Positions 60,164 through 64,000 of a stretch of 64,000 nucleotides of DNA are shown one piece after another. This DNA comes from Dendrobates tinctorius (lineage: Eukaryota): NCBI RefSeq assembly GCF_039654945.1, contig NW_027361814.1, forward strand, positions 11,222,001 through 11,286,000, given 5' to 3'. Position 1 is the first letter of the stretch. Each line of letters begins with the position of its first letter. A program made the translations under genes and the position numbers. Below the pieces are notes generated by a model. It did not search any database, was not told where the DNA came from, and saw only the letters and a list, made by a program, of their open reading frames with translations.

Positions 60164-63100
60164 CATGTTACAGTGTACAACACGAGTGACAGGCGCGGCG
60201 TTTTCTTCGGATTGTATTTCATACACAGGCCCATCAGGGCTTATTTGGCGCAACACTCGGTATGGGTTTTCCTCCCACCGTGGCTCTAAGTTGTTTTGGG
60301 GGTGCTGATCTAGCACGAGTACCCGATCCCCAGTTTGAAAGTCAATAGGTGGCGGTAGCGCTCCCCCCCTGGTGTTCTAGGTCCTGGAGCTTTGTATGGA
60401 CGATTCGATGGAGGGTTTATAGTCGGTGCCGGTGGCTCTGGACCCAAGAGGATACTCCAGTCCAGGGTTGAGGTTCCTCCGGGTTTAACTCCACTTCTGT
60501 GATCCCTTTGCCTTCTCGTCCAAACAGCAGCGAATGGGGGGGATAACCGGTCACCCGGTGCACTCGGTTGTTGTAAATCCACACCAGTTCAGGGACACAC
60601 TCAGGCCAGCGGGCCTTTCAGTCACTTTCCAGGGTACGCAGCACTTGAATTAGTGTCCGATTAAATCGTTTGCATGCTCCGTTCCCCTGCGGGTGATATG
60701 GTGTAGTCCGAGACTTATCCATACCATAGAGATGATGCAGTTCTTCCATGACTCTTCCTGTAGGCAGTCGTACACTTGGATGAAGTTTTTACAAATCGCA
60801 TAGGTGGCCGACTCTGCAGTTTGGTCTCGGGTGGGAGTGACCACGGCGAATTTGGTGAAATGATCCACCATAACGAGACAATGTTCATATCCCTGGTATG
60901 CGGGACCCATGGTCAGATAGTCCACCGTGAGGAGCTCAAGGGGAGCTGATGTTACGATTGTTTGCACCGGGTCTCGTTGTGCGGGTGGTTTAGCAAACTC
61001 GCATGGGCGGCAGGTTCGGTAAACTTTCTCCACAGCGGCGTGTAAGCGCGGGTGGTAAACTATCTGTTGTAGCCATTGCAAAGTCTTTTGAGCACCGAAG
61101 TGAGCCCCTTTTTTTTCGTGGGCTTCATGCTCCAGTTTGCCTAGGTGGGCTCCAGGCACGACCATCTGCCATGCTGTAGCAGACGTCGTCCGGGACACGG
61201 CCTTCCGATATAACAGCCCCTTTCTGATGACTAGTTTTTCCCATTGGCGCAACATATCCTGGGTCAAAGTCTGTCTCTGCGAACCAGTGGGCAATTTGCC
61301 GGTGGCCACCCATCGGCGCAGGAGTCCAATTTCTCCATCTTCCTGCTGCTGCTGTTGGATCCACCTGTCGCGTGGCTGTTCCAGCATCCCCCGGGGGGGT
61401 CCCAGATGGGGCGCTCCCTGCACGGCAGCGGTAAGCGCGGCAGTGGTGAGGGCGAACGGCGTCTCTTCTCCTTCCAATTCGTCGTCTCAATTTTTCCCTG
61501 GGGTGGTGTGTCGGATCCTGGAGAGGGCGACAGCGTGACGTTTTCAGCCCCTCTCTTATAGATGATCTTATAGTTGAACTTAGCCATCCGAGCCACCCAC
61601 CGCTGCTCCAGAGCCCCCAGTTTGGCATTCTCCAAATGGGCTAGCGGGTTGTTGTCAGTCCGCACCACTACTTCGGAGCCCGCCAGATACTCTGCGAATC
61701 GCTCTGTCATTGCCCACACTACCGCGAGAAGCTCGAGCTTAAAGGAGCTGTAATTGTCAGGGTTGCTTTCGGAGTCATGCAGCGACCGGCTACCATAGGC
61801 GATCACTTTTTCTCGGCCGTCCTGAACCTGTGAAAACACAGCCCCTAATCCCTGGAGACTCCCGTCGGTATGCAGTATGAACGGTTGCGAGAAATCCGCA
61901 TACGCCAACACCGGGGTTTCCGAGAGTGCAGCCTTAAGATCTTGGAACGCATCCTCTTGCGGTTGCTGCCACTGGATCTTCCACCCATTCACCCCGGCGG
62001 GAGCCCCCTTTAGCAGGTCCTGCAGGACTTGGGCTCGGCATGCAAAATTCTTCACGAACCGACTGTAGTAGCCGGCCAACCCCAGGAAGGCTCGCGCGTC
62101 CTTTACTATCTCGGAGGTAGGCCACCCCTGGATGGCGGCAACTTTTTCCAGGGATGGTCTAACACCCTCTGCCGAGACGACATGCCCCAGATATTCGATC
62201 TGGGTGCGGAACAGGTGGCATTTCTGGGGCTTTACCTTCAACCCGTACTTTTGCAGCCGTCCGAGCACCTGCCCCAACCGCCGCAGGTGGTCCTTGAACG
62301 TGGCGGAATAGATGATGATATCATCCAGGTATATCAGCGTGGCAATCATACGATTGAACTCAAACAGCCCCATGGGAAGAATAAATGTCGTCTTGGCTCT
62401 GTCTTCTTCCGACATCGGCACCTGCCAGTACCCACTGGCCAGGTCTAGACTTGAAAAGTATGTTGCATTTCCAAAGGCGGACAGAGACCCTTCTATGTGG
62501 GGCAGTGGATACGAATCCTTCATGGTGCAGGCGTTCAACTTCCGATAGTCCACACAAAAACGCAGGGTGCCGTCTTTTTTGCGTACCAACACAATGGGGG
62601 CCGCCCAGGGGCTCTGGCTTTCTCGTATGACCCCCTTCCAGAGCTTTTGGGCCAGTAGGGTTTTCACCTCTTGGTATAGCTGCGGAGGGATTTGCCGATA
62701 TCGTTCCCGGATGGGGGCTGCTCCTGCCATGGGGATTCCATGCGTGATGGCCGTGGTGTATCCAAAGTTGTCCTCGTGGCTAGCGAAGACACTGTAATAC
62801 TGTCCGAGAAGTGTCTCTACCTGGAGAAGTTGGGCTGACGTTAGGCCGGAGAGCTCGGCCCGCATTCTCTCCAGGATGGTTCGACCTTTCTCCTGAGTCG
62901 AGGACTCGGCAGTCTGCAGGGTCCGTATAGTTACTGCCCAAGGATCCTCGGGCTGCACCTTCAACTGGACCGTGGGGGCTGGCAGCACCTCCTCCAAAGG
63001 CCTTACTAGTTTGGCCATTTCGGCTCGGGGCTTCAAGATGATATCTTGGTCTTCCAGGTTGACACAATGCACCAGGACGGTCCCTTCCCACTCCGTGGCC

Positions 63101-63895
63101 AGGGAGCGAGCTACCGGTATGCCAGGGTGCAGGCGCTCCGAGTAGCATGGCTCCAACTACATCTCCACGCTCTGCAATGGCATTGGGGCACGGATCGGCA
63201 GGGCCACCACCATCTGCCCTGGGGGAAGCATGAGCAGGGGAGCCGCCAGCGCGATGACTTTGCCCAGCGCCTCGCCTTCCTGGCAATCCTCGAGCACTCG
63301 CGCCTCCCGCACCAACTGCTGGAAGACCTGCCCTTGGGCCGTGCGGGAACCCCACTGGCTCAGGGTCTCCTGCGTGGGGTCGTTGAGGAGTATATTGCCG
63401 AACTCCCGTCATATGTTCATACCCAAGATAACTGGATGGCGGTCGTTAGTTACTCCTTGGGTCAGGACCACTCCCCGGCGGCCGAGGGGTTTACCACACA
63501 GCGTCATTTCGAGCCATACCACTCCGGCGAAAGGAACCGGCAGTTGGTTTGCGGCTACCAGCTTTATCATGGGCCCCCACTGGGGCCTCACTTCCTCCAG
63601 GAAATGCTGCCGAAAGTAGGTTGCAAGCACGGTCGTTACTTGTGACCCCCGTGTCTACTAGGCACCGTACAGCGCGGCCCTCGACTTCTGCCCATACTAC
63701 AGGACACTTGGCGACAAGATCGTCGGGACTTCCACCACCCCTTGTTGTGGCTTCCGGCTCCAAGAGGCGTCCCCCTTGCCCGGAGCCCTCTAGTTTAATG
63801 TCCGTCGGGTGGCTATCTCCCACACCACGGACACTCTCGTGCGAAGTGGCCTGGTTCTCCGCACTCATAACACCGGAATTGCGAGGCCCGGGCAT
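60164..63895 (-). pseudogene. Gypsy pol remnants (PR-RT-RH-IN)
   Basis: ORFs 63491-63895, 63409-63630, 61264-63156 and 60650-61477; frameshifts, stops and an in-frame deletion in RT. Confidence 0.85.
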
Positions 63896-64000
63896 TGAAG
63901 CCAGGCTGCCCAGCTGTGGGCTCAGTTCTCTTCTTTATTTCGGCCAGCTCGCCTCGGATACTCTGCAGCTCCTGTCTCACTTCCTCAATCCACTGGGGCT

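Larger units (their letters stand above)
57912..64000 (-). mobile_element. Second degenerate Ty3/Gypsy LTR retrotransposon; 5' part lies beyond the window
   Basis: Putative 3' LTR about 57912/57928-59003 (TGTGG...CCACA) preceded by PPT aaggtgggggag; protease CLVDTG, RT (FCVDYRKLN, YLDD), RNase H (LHTDGS, YSSFKLELLA, TDNNPL), integrase (MVDHFTKF). Confidence 0.88.

Overview
Vertebrate nuclear DNA, most likely from a frog, inferred from the T2/Kolobok MITEs, Harbinger MITEs, L2, Tc1 and Helitron content. There is one 132-N gap at 36539-36670. Three host genes can be reconstructed by hand. EEF1AKMT2/METTL10 exons 1-4 lie on the minus strand and the gene runs off the left edge. LHPP is complete (7 exons, minus strand, 270 aa). 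A 2-exon NK1-family homeobox gene (plus strand, about 243 aa) sits at the NKX1-2 syntenic position, but its homeodomain is unusually diverged. The rest is dense with repeats: a full-length Tc1 with one nonsense codon, an apparently intact DD35D pogo (Passer-type) transposon, and a fold-back Tc1 built from two 5' halves. Retroelements include a full-length Sushi/Tf1-type chromoviral Gypsy with a self-priming signature and a PEG10-like GGGAAAC + pseudoknot frameshift signal, a second degenerate Gypsy, solo LTRs, an L2 fragment and Penelope-like inverted insertions (one with a hammerhead-like motif). There is also a Helitron end, many MITEs and several large minisatellites, which explain most of the long ORFs in the track. 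Comparisons with human and other reference proteins are from recalled knowledge, not database searches.
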